A stretch of DNA of 60,788 nt from Bacteroidota bacterium (GTDB lineage: Bacteria; Bacteroidota; Bacteroidia; Cytophagales; Cyclobacteriaceae): positions 1-60,788 of the forward strand of contig JAHEMS010000001.1 in assembly GCA_024643595.1 (NCBI GenBank). The letters are read 5' to 3'. A program made the position numbers and the translations under genes. Of the stretch, positions 1 to 9,419 are shown piece after piece; within the stretch, counting starts at the first letter, position 1; every line of letters begins with the position of its first letter. The notes beneath the pieces were generated by a model. It made no database searches, was not told where the DNA came from, and worked only from the letters and a program-made list of their open reading frames with translations.

Positions 1-131
1 CGTAAAAGAGAAAGAATCCACGAGTAGTAAACTCTTCGAAAAACAAATACTATGAGAAGCCCAGCCGTTGAATGGACTCATAGATTAATACAGACTGATC
101 TTTACAATTATTGACAAATAAATTTAACAAA

Positions 132-878
132 ATGGATACAACCTGCCTTATTATTGATGACGAAAAATTGGCTCGCGAACTGCTTCGCGAATACATTGCC
201 GCATTTCCGCAGATTGAAATTTTAGGAGAATGTGCCAAAGGAACAGAGGCGGTGGAGCAAATTGATAACCTGAAACCGGATTTAATTTTCCTGGATGTTC
301 AGATGCCGGGGATGACCGGCTTCGATGTACTGGATGAAATCATCCACGAACCTTATGTAATTTTCACCACTGCATACGATCAATATGCGATAAAAGCATT
401 TGAAAAAAATGCAGTTGATTATTTGCTAAAACCACTGGATTTAGATCGGTTTAAGCTGGCGGTAGACCGGGCATTGCAAAGAAGGAAAATGGAGGAGGGT
501 AACATTGAAGACCTTCTTTCAGGTATGCATATACCTCCGGTACGCTCTTCTTATGATTCGCACATTTTTGTTCAAAAGTCAGAGAAACTTTTTAATCTTC
601 CCGTCGAGGAGATTATGTACCTGGAAGCTTCCGGAGACTATACCGTGATATCCACTAAGAATGATCAGTTTGTAAGTTCGTCCGGTATTGGTAAGCTAGA
701 AGAATTAATGAGCCCTGATAAATTTATCCGGGTACATCGATCTACCATCATTAACCTTAATTTTTTAAAAGAGATTGAACGGCACTTTAACGGAGGCATG
801 ATTGTGAAAATGCAAAACAGTAAAACTTTTCCGGTTAGCCGAACCTATGCCAAGATGATCAGGAAAAAAGTAGTTTAA
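132..878 (+). CDS. LytTR-family two-component response regulator
   Basis: Receiver motifs IIDDE, FLDVQMP, FTTAY, YLLKP; C-terminal LytTR domain (FIRVHRSTIIN, PVSRTY). ATG at 132 preferred over TTG at 111. Confidence 0.95.
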   Translation: MDTTCLIIDDEKLARELLREYIAAFPQIEILGECAKGTEAVEQIDNLKPDLIFLDVQMPGMTGFDVLDEIIHEPYVIFTTAYDQYAIKAFEKNAVDYLLKPLDLDRFKLAVDRALQRRKMEEGNIEDLLSGMHIPPVRSSYDSHIFVQKSEKLFNLPVEEIMYLEASGDYTVISTKNDQFVSSSGIGKLEELMSPDKFIRVHRSTIINLNFLKEIERHFNGGMIVKMQNSKTFPVSRTYAKMIRKKVV

Positions 879-879
879 C

Positions 880-1560
880 TTATAAGTGGCTGAGCAATTC
901 ATGGATGGAGTTGAGCACTTTGAACCTTTCATTTTCAATTTGCGTCTCCACTCGTTCATGCGCCCAGGTTACATGATAGGGGATATGAAATCCATATCCG
1001 CCTAAGTTTAGCACCGGAAGAATATCTGATTTTAATGAATTACCAATCATGGCAAAATCCTCGGGCGGTATATCAAGGTGCTTGATTAGTTTTCTGAAAT
1101 CATCTTCTTTTTTTTCTGACATGATTTCGATATGATGGAAGTAGTGATCTAACCCCGATTTTTTAAGTTTACGTTCCTGGTCGAGCAGATCGCCTTTGGT
1201 TGCCATCACCAATCGATATTTACCCTTTAGCTGCTGAAGCACATCTTCAACACCATCCATCAGATCGATGGGTTTGTTGAGCAACTCCTGCCCATATTCA
1301 ATAATTTTTTCGATGGCTTCATTGGGAATTGATTTATCGGTGATGCGTATGGCCGTTTCAATCATCGAAAGCATAAAGGCCTTGATGCCATATCCATACA
1401 ATTCAATATTTTTTATCTCAGTTTGAAGTAGCTCACGGGTAACCGTATGCTGGGGAAGATAGTTTTCTAAAAGAATACTAAACTTCTTTTCAGTTTCCTG
1501 AAAGTAAGATTCATTATGCCAAAGCGTATCATCGGCATCAAAAGCAATTACTTTAAGCAT
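880..1560 (-). CDS. HAD-superfamily hydrolase
   Basis: Motif I FDADDTL, ATKGD, MIGNSLKSD. Confidence 0.9.
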   Translation of the reverse strand: MLKVIAFDADDTLWHNESYFQETEKKFSILLENYLPQHTVTRELLQTEIKNIELYGYGIKAFMLSMIETAIRITDKSIPNEAIEKIIEYGQELLNKPIDLMDGVEDVLQQLKGKYRLVMATKGDLLDQERKLKKSGLDHYFHHIEIMSEKKEDDFRKLIKHLDIPPEDFAMIGNSLKSDILPVLNLGGYGFHIPYHVTWAHERVETQIENERFKVLNSIHELLSHL

Positions 1561-1641
1561 GCGTTACATTGATATGACGAAGCTAATAAATCAATAACGC
1601 AAAAACTATTGGTTATAATTGATCTGATCAATCGTCACAGC

Positions 1642-2148
1642 TCATACCATTTTCTCCAGCACGACAAACTCGAGCTTCATTTTAGGCTGACCAAAACGAG
1701 GATCATTAAAAGCAAAAGGTTTGCGTTCTCCGGTAAGATGAAAGCCATGGCGGATATACCAATCGATAAGTTCTTTCCGTACGGAAATTACTGTCATAAA
1801 AATTGAAGTGCAATTTTGTTTTTTGGCTACTTCTTCAGCGGCATTCAATAACTTTTTTCCAATTCCATTTCCCTGCTGATTAGGCAACACGGTGAGCATA
1901 CCCAAATAAAGTTTCTCGTTATGAATACGTAATTCCACACAGCCGAGAATTATATTTTTTTCGACATATTTTAAGAGCGTTGTGTCAGGCGCTTCTATCA
2001 TCTCGGCAATGGCATTGGCATCCGTACGGGTTCCATCCAGCAAATCTGCCTCTGTAGTCCAGCCTTGACGAGATGAAGTTCCCCGATAGGCAGCATTCAC
2101 GAGCCGATCTAGTTCGGGAGCATCTTCTATAACCGCTTTAGTGATCAT
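1642..2148 (-). CDS. GNAT-family N-acetyltransferase
   Basis: Acetyl-CoA motif QQGNGIGKKL and WYIRHGF; ATG at 2148 (TTG at 2154 is an alternative). Confidence 0.9.
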   Translation of the reverse strand: MITKAVIEDAPELDRLVNAAYRGTSSRQGWTTEADLLDGTRTDANAIAEMIEAPDTTLLKYVEKNIILGCVELRIHNEKLYLGMLTVLPNQQGNGIGKKLLNAAEEVAKKQNCTSIFMTVISVRKELIDWYIRHGFHLTGERKPFAFNDPRFGQPKMKLEFVVLEKMV

Positions 2149-2247
2149 GTCCAATAATATAGAATCAGAGTGATTAACTCAAAAACTCATCATTGCATGT
2201 TAGCAGGAATTGATAAAGTGCCTGATGCTGTTGAAATAGAATTCATG

Positions 2248-3723
2248 TTAATTACCCGTCTTGGATTTTGAATTTACCTTGTCAAGGTCAGGAAGACTAA
2301 AATTATCAAATACGGAAGGCTCCTTCATCATGTCTTCGATTTCTTTAACTGTTCGGGGTCCCATTTTTGAAAGGTGCTCATAGCCGTCTTTGGTGATCAA
2401 AAAGTCGTCTTCAATACGGACGGCAATGCCCCACCATTTCTTATCGCAGGCTGCATTATCTGGAATATAAATTCCTGGCTCTATGGTAATGGTATTACCC
2501 TCTTCCATGATAGCGCCACCCCTGTCATGGACATCTAATCCGATATGATGACTTACACCATGAGGGAAGTAAAGATGTTTTTCGTTTGGTTTTATAATTC
2601 CCAATTCCACTAATCCACGATTTATTACTGCTCGGCATGTGTCGGTTGTCAGTCTAAGGGGAATTCCTGGTTTAGTTATCTTCATCGCTTCTTCTTGTGC
2701 TTTTAATACCAGCTCATAAATCGCCTTTTGTTCAGGTGAAAATTTTCCGTTTACCGGAATGGTTCGTGTGATGTCAGCGGAGTAACCATGTAATTCGGCA
2801 CCAAGGTCCATCAGAATCAATTCTTTGGATGTTACGTTGGGTTTGTAGTTATCGATATAATGCAAAATGCATCCATTGTGTCCGGCCCCTACGATAGATG
2901 GATAGCCAAGATCTTCTGCCTGGTATTTCTTAAACACAAACTCATGAATACCTTGTATTTCCCTTTCCGACATGCCTGGCTTTATCGCTTTCATCACCTC
3001 TACCTGGCCCATGCATGAAATGGCAACTGCCTTTCTTATCATTTCAATTTCTTCATTTGTTTTTATGCCCCTCAGGTTGGCCATCAGGCCAGCAAGGGCT
3101 TTCGTGTCCAGATTATTCTTAATCGGTTCCACAGCCAGTGATACCCCCTTTTTTTCAGGGTACTTAACTTTCGTCTTAAACTGGGCAATCAAATCGTATA
3201 AGTCTGAAGAATCTCGTGGATTATCCCGTACGTCATTATGAAAATCAAAAAAGAGAATCTTACTGAATTTTGAGAAGTCTACATTATAGCGTTTGAATTC
3301 GCTGTTGTTAAAGGTTTGCTGAAAGCCCAATATATCTTTGGTGCCCTGTTCACCCAATCTGCGGCCAGTCCACATTTCGCGCATGGCATTGCGTGGCTGC
3401 ACAAATAAAATTTCATTATAAGCAGTTCCATTAGCGGCAGTTTGCTGGTCTTTAAAAACAAATAGCAGCGCTTCAGGTTCTTTATAGCCGGTAAGGTAGT
3501 AGAAGTCAGGGTCTTGGTGATAGACATACTCTACATCATTGGCACGATTGCGCACTGGGTTGGCAAAGAAAACCGCCACTGAATTTGCGGGAAGGCTTTC
3601 GCGGAGTTTTTCCCTCCTTTCTAGATGGAAATCTTTAGACAGAAAATCATCAGGCAAGTCGGCATCTTGTGCCTGAAGTGAATAAGTAGAAATGAATAAA
3701 AGAAGGCAGCAAATGATTTTCAT
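2248..3723 (-). CDS. pepP: Xaa-Pro aminopeptidase (M24B) with signal peptide
   Basis: AMP_N segment (YHQDPDFYYLTG); metal-ligand motifs MDLGAE, SADITRT, HHIGLDVHD, TIEPGIY, RIEDD; Sec signal ending LQA-Q. Confidence 0.92.
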   Translation of the reverse strand: MKIICCLLLFISTYSLQAQDADLPDDFLSKDFHLERREKLRESLPANSVAVFFANPVRNRANDVEYVYHQDPDFYYLTGYKEPEALLFVFKDQQTAANGTAYNEILFVQPRNAMREMWTGRRLGEQGTKDILGFQQTFNNSEFKRYNVDFSKFSKILFFDFHNDVRDNPRDSSDLYDLIAQFKTKVKYPEKKGVSLAVEPIKNNLDTKALAGLMANLRGIKTNEEIEMIRKAVAISCMGQVEVMKAIKPGMSEREIQGIHEFVFKKYQAEDLGYPSIVGAGHNGCILHYIDNYKPNVTSKELILMDLGAELHGYSADITRTIPVNGKFSPEQKAIYELVLKAQEEAMKITKPGIPLRLTTDTCRAVINRGLVELGIIKPNEKHLYFPHGVSHHIGLDVHDRGGAIMEEGNTITIEPGIYIPDNAACDKKWWGIAVRIEDDFLITKDGYEHLSKMGPRTVKEIEDMMKEPSVFDNFSLPDLDKVNSKSKTGN

Positions 3724-3926
3724 GAGGTATGTTTTTAAAACTTAGGGCATAAATATAGGAGTAGTGGGTTGAAGAAAAAATTGATTTTTTTTCAACGTAT
3801 TAATCCATCCGGTGAGCATTTTCGTGTAGTTCAAGGAACTACGGCTTTTCAGATCCCCGGAACGGAAGTCGGTTAATTGACATCGGGATAAAGCCCTACT
3901 TCTTTAGAGAAAACACATGATTAAAG

Positions 3927-4988
3927 CTATTGGTTGAGCAGCTGTATCGCTTTTTCAAGCACTATATCTTTGCCATTCAACAAGTCTGACTTGGCCGTTT
4001 TGGCATACTTATCCGGTAACAAACCTGTACCCTCATAACTGATTCCATCCGGAGCACGATAATCACCCACCGACACACTAAACATCCAGCTGTTGTACAA
4101 TTCAAAATTTGGATTGTCTGAAAAACTACCTGCGGTCGTGTCACCCAAAGTAATTATATGATCAAATTGTTTCATTGCCAATGCAAAGGTTTCTCCAGCA
4201 CTTTGAGTGAAACGCGAAGTAAGCATGATCACCGACTTGGTGTAAGGCTTTGCAGTTTTCGGTGTAACATACCATTCCATTATTTCAGTGAAATCGCCAT
4301 GGGCGGGACCATTGCGCTTTCTCGTGGTCATGTATAATTTTCTGGAAGAAGCAAAGCATCCTGCTAAATATTGTGAAACCGGATCGTAACCACCATAAAA
4401 CCCACGGATGTCTAAAACTACTCCTTGTGTATCGGCAATGTCGGCCATTATTTTTTCCATTTGATTTTCCACTTGCTTCAATCCATCCGTGCCTTTTATG
4501 TTTACGTAGGCAAGGTTATTAGGAAGTTTGCCATAACCGATGTTTTCCGTGAGTTGTTGGTATCCGGAGGTATATGTTTTATCAACTTCTAAATCATAGT
4601 CATCCTGCACTTTTAGTATTTCCAATTTCCCGTTGCGATAGCTCAACACTCCGCCAGGAAAAACGGGAAGTGTACCATTGGTCGGATAGAGGTTCAGATG
4701 ATTGTCGTTCAGCAAAACCAGCATATCGCTGAGGACGGAATAAAGTTCTTCATCCGTAATCTGATCGTTTATTTTTGATCTGAATTGATCATGAATAGCT
4801 TTCCAATCAATGTTCTTAACTTCAAAAAGTCCGTAATGCTCATCAAAAGTTTTCCAGAATAGTTCGAAATTGTTCGTAGGTGTATTGGCTTTTTCCGGGC
4901 CAATTAATTCTTCTTCGCACGAAGCCATCATGAATGTGCTGCCGACAAACGCGAATACCAAAGAGTATATTAAGTTTCTATTTTTCAT
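3927..4988 (-). CDS. S41-family peptidase, lipoprotein
   Basis: Lipobox MASC; NFELFW and LNDNHL helical domain; LDIRG and catalytic SAGETF; GDTTAG. ATG 4988 chosen because the longer ORF overlaps the upstream gene. Confidence 0.88.
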   Translation of the reverse strand: MKNRNLIYSLVFAFVGSTFMMASCEEELIGPEKANTPTNNFELFWKTFDEHYGLFEVKNIDWKAIHDQFRSKINDQITDEELYSVLSDMLVLLNDNHLNLYPTNGTLPVFPGGVLSYRNGKLEILKVQDDYDLEVDKTYTSGYQQLTENIGYGKLPNNLAYVNIKGTDGLKQVENQMEKIMADIADTQGVVLDIRGFYGGYDPVSQYLAGCFASSRKLYMTTRKRNGPAHGDFTEIMEWYVTPKTAKPYTKSVIMLTSRFTQSAGETFALAMKQFDHIITLGDTTAGSFSDNPNFELYNSWMFSVSVGDYRAPDGISYEGTGLLPDKYAKTAKSDLLNGKDIVLEKAIQLLNQ

Positions 4989-5007
4989 AGTGAAGTGTTT
5001 TAGCTGT

Positions 5008-5847
5008 TTAGAATTGATGATGCAGGTTAGCAAGCAATGATTGACTCATCGCTTTCATTGGCTGAGGCGTTTGAATATTGTACCACGCTAACTCATAATT
5101 TAGTCCTGTACCCCAGTGTGAATTAATCTGATAGTTATAGCCTAACGTCATGGCGGGAGCAAGAAACTTTGAAGGCCCCACCCACTTAGCGTTACGGAAG
5201 AATCCGTTAACCTGATTTTTTTCTGGGGCAGCCACGGTGTTGTCATAAGGCAAGCGAGTAAGTTGTGCCACCAGTGGAATGCGCAACGAGGCCGTTACCT
5301 GATGATGGTTATCAAATCGATGCTGGGTCAATGCTTCGGAACTAAGACTGAGTGCATTAAACATCCCTCCGGTATTCCATCCTTGCGGATAAAATAATTC
5401 GTTCATGATTCTACCGCCCACGGCCACTTTAAAAGTAGATTCCTGTGTGGAAGAAATTTTGTAATAGGCACCGAGAGAAATTCTTCCCGCCAGGAATGAT
5501 CCTCCAGCCGGAAACTTCTTGTCTTCTGAATTCCCTTTGTAATCTTCTTCCTGAAAGAACAGCGTCCTGTCCTTATGATATTTAGGTATGTTGCTTCCCA
5601 CTCGCATATCAAAATCAACGGAGAAAAGGAACGTATTGCTTTCCAGGTTATAGAATAATCTTAGATTTTTAGGTTTGCTTTGATAAACAAGGGGGGAAGA
5701 ATTTTTATCAAGATAGGTAACGGAGCCAATACCCAGTGCCAGCCCGATTCGGTTCTCCAACGGCATCCAGGGCCGTATCTCATAATTTTGTGCAAATGTT
5801 GTTACACTAGTGAGTAATAGTGCGGCAAAAATCCATTTCAATTTCAT
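5008..5847 (-). CDS. Hypothetical outer-membrane beta-barrel protein
   Basis: Signal peptide ending TFA-Q, alternating aromatic strands, C-terminal Phe (LHHQF). Confidence 0.65.
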   Translation of the reverse strand: MKLKWIFAALLLTSVTTFAQNYEIRPWMPLENRIGLALGIGSVTYLDKNSSPLVYQSKPKNLRLFYNLESNTFLFSVDFDMRVGSNIPKYHKDRTLFFQEEDYKGNSEDKKFPAGGSFLAGRISLGAYYKISSTQESTFKVAVGGRIMNELFYPQGWNTGGMFNALSLSSEALTQHRFDNHHQVTASLRIPLVAQLTRLPYDNTVAAPEKNQVNGFFRNAKWVGPSKFLAPAMTLGYNYQINSHWGTGLNYELAWYNIQTPQPMKAMSQSLLANLHHQF

Positions 5848-5945
5848 GTCGGTCAAAATTTAATTTGGGTGAATGAACGGCATCCAACCAAAAAGTTGCC
5901 TGGCAAGCCAAGTCTAAAGGTCTATTCCAATCCGTTTGGACTGAT

Positions 5946-7103
5946 TCAGGCGGCTTTGGACTGATTTTCAAGATATTCGGATGGAGTCATTCCGGTTTTT
6001 TTCTTGAACACAGAATAAAAAGATGCCTTGGAATTAAACCCTGCTTCCTGGGCAATACCCAAAAGACTTAAATGTTTTTTCTGCGGAAGAGATGCCAGCT
6101 GTTTAAAGGCTTGAATCCGGTAATCATTGATCAGGTCAAAAAAATTTCCGGAATAGCAGGAATTAATTGCCTGCGAAACCTGGTGTCGGGGAATTTCTGC
6201 AGCTGCTGAAAGTTGTGTGAGCGTAAGATCATTTTTGAGAAAAAGTTGTTGCGTTTCCAGTACCAATTTCACTTTTTCAAAAATAGAAGCCAGTTGCTTA
6301 CTTTCAAGTGTAGATTTTTTGTATTTCTCTGAATCGGCAACAGCCTGAGCAGAGGATGGCACTGGTAACACTTCTTTAATAATGCCAAACAAGACAGGTT
6401 GCGTCAATGCTTTGTACGAAAGCCAATAAAACAATAATACGACTCCGATAAAGTGAAAAGAATAAAATTGCGAAAGCACAGGCACATGCCAGGTGCGCGC
6501 AAAGAAGGAAACAACAGCTAATGCAGTGGCGCTCAATACCAGTATCAGAAAACTCTTCAGCCACTTTATGCGTAACGATTCTACTTCTGAATATTCTTCC
6601 AATAGTTTTTTCTCAAAACGCAGATAGTAGATCAACATAAAACTTTGAAATAGGATATGAAGAAAAGAGACGATTTGATTCACCCATCCGAAATCATGTT
6701 TGGAGGCTTCTTCAAAGTGATTGAGCAAAGCACGTTTTTCTTCTGCGCCCATGCTATAATAAGGCATCATGATCATGAGCAGCACCAGGAACGGGATAAA
6801 TAGCCAAAGACTTTTCCAGATCTTATCAGGTTGGGTTTGAGTGATGTATTGAACGAATAAAAAAAGAATAGGCCAATAGAGTGTGCCAATAATCCACGAC
6901 ACCCGGCTAAGGTGGGGGAAGCTGAGAAAGAATTCACGATTGTCAAATCCTACTAAAATTAGATGACCAGATAGTATTATAAGGAGAATAGCCAGAATAC
7001 GATTAGCTGGCTGATTTATTTTAGTACGCAACAGTAAGAAAGAAAGAAACAAGCCCTGAATGCTCGCAGAAGAATAGATGATTTGAATAAGCGATGAGTT
7101 CAA
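5946..7103 (-). CDS. Membrane-anchored AraC-family transcriptional regulator
   Basis: About 7 hydrophobic N-terminal segments; C-terminal AraC HTH (IAQEAGFNSKASFYSVFKKKTGMTPSEY). Confidence 0.92.
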   Translation of the reverse strand: MNSSLIQIIYSSASIQGLFLSFLLLRTKINQPANRILAILLIILSGHLILVGFDNREFFLSFPHLSRVSWIIGTLYWPILFLFVQYITQTQPDKIWKSLWLFIPFLVLLMIMMPYYSMGAEEKRALLNHFEEASKHDFGWVNQIVSFLHILFQSFMLIYYLRFEKKLLEEYSEVESLRIKWLKSFLILVLSATALAVVSFFARTWHVPVLSQFYSFHFIGVVLLFYWLSYKALTQPVLFGIIKEVLPVPSSAQAVADSEKYKKSTLESKQLASIFEKVKLVLETQQLFLKNDLTLTQLSAAAEIPRHQVSQAINSCYSGNFFDLINDYRIQAFKQLASLPQKKHLSLLGIAQEAGFNSKASFYSVFKKKTGMTPSEYLENQSKAA

Positions 7104-7206
7104 TGGGGTTCTTATTTTATGTGTAATATTATAAAATCAGGAGTAATTAAGTTTCAGGAGACTGCGGATTCCTGCAACGCTTACTGAATTCCAGGCATAT
7201 AAAGAT

Positions 7207-7214
7207 TAAATTTG
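7207..7214 (+). promoter_or_regulatory. Bacteroidota primary-sigma -7 element TAAATTTG
   Basis: Exact TAnnTTTG match ending 11 nt before the sulfurtransferase ATG. Confidence 0.6.
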
Positions 7215-7225
7215 AAAATAAGGAA

Positions 7226-8083
7226 ATGAAAGAAATTATGTCACCACTTATTCAAGCATCCGAGTTGTTGGGTTTAATGAAATCTGATGATTTGGTAATT
7301 ATTGATGCAAGTAATAGTAAAAATGCAAAATCAAACTATGAAGAGAACCATTTAATGGGAGCCTTGTTTGTTGATACCAATACTCAACTGGCTGATATAA
7401 AAGCTGATTTGTCCAATGGCGGACGACATCCCTTACCTAAAACATCGGACTTTATACGTACCCTATCCGATCTTGGGATATCAGCAGAAAGTCATGTTGT
7501 GATCTATGACGACTATGGCGGAGCAAATGCCGCGGCCAGAATGTGGTGGATGTTAAAATCAATTGGTCATAGGCATGCTCAGGTTCTCGATGGTGGATTA
7601 AAAGAAGCTCAAAGAATTCATTTTCCAATGAGTTCACAAAGGGAATCGGTTAAACAAGCTGTGCCCTATGAAATGAAAAATTGGCAGCTCCCCCAAGCGC
7701 AAATTGAAGAAGTTGAAAAAGCGTCTCTCAATAAAAATTGTATTATTATTGATGTTCGTGAGAAGGCACGGTATAACGGAGAAACGGAACCCATTGATTT
7801 AGTCGCAGGACATATCCCTAATGCGATTAATATCCCGTTTACTGAAAACATGGATGATAATGGACTTTTTTTATCCCAAAGTAAATTGCGCGAGAAGTAC
7901 GATAAGGTATTTGATCAAGTAAAAAGCGAAAATACTATTATACATTGTGGTTCCGGGGTAACGGCATGTCATTCTCTATTAGCCATCACTTATGCCGGGC
8001 TAAAAATTCCGAAACTCTATGTTGGTTCCTGGAGTGAATGGAGCAGAAATAATAAAATAATTATATCAGAAGTGAATAAATAA
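7226..8083 (+). CDS. sseA: Tandem-rhodanese sulfurtransferase (3-mercaptopyruvate sulfurtransferase-like)
   Basis: GRHPLP, AARMWW, GHIPNA, active-site CGSGVTA, YVGSWSEW. Confidence 0.9.
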   Translation: MKEIMSPLIQASELLGLMKSDDLVIIDASNSKNAKSNYEENHLMGALFVDTNTQLADIKADLSNGGRHPLPKTSDFIRTLSDLGISAESHVVIYDDYGGANAAARMWWMLKSIGHRHAQVLDGGLKEAQRIHFPMSSQRESVKQAVPYEMKNWQLPQAQIEEVEKASLNKNCIIIDVREKARYNGETEPIDLVAGHIPNAINIPFTENMDDNGLFLSQSKLREKYDKVFDQVKSENTIIHCGSGVTACHSLLAITYAGLKIPKLYVGSWSEWSRNNKIIISEVNK

Positions 8084-8181
8084 GAGAGGAAGTATGCATT
8101 ATTATTAAAAAAATAAAATCGGAGTTGATTCACTTCCTGACGATACTGAATATCCCTAATTTAGTTGCCTTATTACGTGTT

Positions 8182-9417
8182 ATGAAATATTTACTTCCTG
8201 TATGTCTGCTTGTAATCGGAGCATGCTCGACTGAATCGTCGGAGACTGTAATCTGGAAAAGTATCGAACAAACATTGCAAACTCAATTGATCACGGTAGA
8301 AAATGGTGGCACCATCGAATTGCCTGAAGGAAATTATATGTTTACTAAGGGGTTGATGATGGAAGGAAAATCAGACATTACCATTCGCGGCAAAGGAATG
8401 GATAAAACCAGGCTTTCCTTCAAGAACCAAACGGAAGGCGCGCAAGGGTTGGTCATTAGTAATAGCAGTAATATCGTGCTTGAAGATTTTTCACTGGAAG
8501 ATGCGAAAGGGGACAACCTGAAGGTAAGCGATACTAAAGGCATCACGTTAAGACGCATTCGTTCCGTGTGGGCCGATGGGCCTAAAACAGAGAATGGCGC
8601 TTATGCACTGTATCCAGTCCTTTGTAAAAATGTATTGATTGAAGAGTGCATTGCTATGGGCTCATCGGATGCTGGAATTTATGTTGGGCAGTCTGATTCG
8701 GTAATCATTCGTAAAAGTAAAGCCTATTGGAACGTAGCAGGCATTGAAAGCGAAAATTCACGGTTTGTCGAGATCTACGATAATGAAGCCTATGAAAATT
8801 CCGGTGGGATATTAGTTTTTGACTTACCGGGACTCACGCAATATGGTCATAGCACCAGGGTATTTAACAATCGTGTTCATGACAACAACCATAAGAACTT
8901 TGCTGCGAAGGGAAATATTGTAGCCAGCATTCCACCAGGAACTGGGCTGATGATTCTGGCAACGCATGATCTTGAACTTACCAACAATGAAATTATTAAT
9001 AACCGAACCATCGGAACAGGCATTATCAGTTATGATTTGGTGGCGGCAATGAATGAAGGTGAGCAACAACAAGATGACGCGATTGGTGGCGTACAGACCG
9101 TGAACAATAGCTACCACGCTGATTCACTTTATAATCCGTATCCCTACAAGATCAAAATCCATGACAACATATATCGAAACAGCCATTGGTTCCCCTCCAC
9201 GAGCAGTGATATTGGAATGCTGTTTTTAATGAAATCGTTTATGAACCCACCTGATATTGCATATGATGGAATTCCTGATCCGGCCCGTGCCAATCCTGAG
9301 TTATGTGTTATGCAAGGAAATACGATCAATGTAATGAACCTTGATGCCGCAAATGATTTTAAAGGTTTTAAAAAAGATCCGCATCAGTTTAGTTGCGATG
9401 GCATCGACAGTAAGTGA
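8182..9417 (+). CDS. Parallel beta-helix repeat lipoprotein (partner of SO2930-type cytochrome)
   Basis: Lipobox IGAC; NGAYALYPV, SDAGIYVGQS, NVAGIESENS, GGILVFDLPGL match my recollection of this family. Confidence 0.85.
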   Translation: MKYLLPVCLLVIGACSTESSETVIWKSIEQTLQTQLITVENGGTIELPEGNYMFTKGLMMEGKSDITIRGKGMDKTRLSFKNQTEGAQGLVISNSSNIVLEDFSLEDAKGDNLKVSDTKGITLRRIRSVWADGPKTENGAYALYPVLCKNVLIEECIAMGSSDAGIYVGQSDSVIIRKSKAYWNVAGIESENSRFVEIYDNEAYENSGGILVFDLPGLTQYGHSTRVFNNRVHDNNHKNFAAKGNIVASIPPGTGLMILATHDLELTNNEIINNRTIGTGIISYDLVAAMNEGEQQQDDAIGGVQTVNNSYHADSLYNPYPYKIKIHDNIYRNSHWFPSTSSDIGMLFLMKSFMNPPDIAYDGIPDPARANPELCVMQGNTINVMNLDAANDFKGFKKDPHQFSCDGIDSK

Positions 9418-9419
9418 CA

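Noticed and set aside
2-114. Possible 3' end of an upstream gene (frame 2, stop at 53-55) and a 20-aa ORF at 52-114
   Set aside because: Too short to identify; a sensor kinase upstream of the LytTR gene is plausible but cannot be supported from this window.
1595-1615. TAAC...CGTTA upstream of the HAD gene at 1560
   Set aside because: Spacer is 12 nt, not the 16-17 nt seen at the other sites.
3826-3895. Assignment of the structured gap as SRP RNA or 6S RNA
   Set aside because: Only fragmentary resemblance; the SRP helix-8 motif and the long 6S rod are not convincingly present. Kept only as an unassigned structure.
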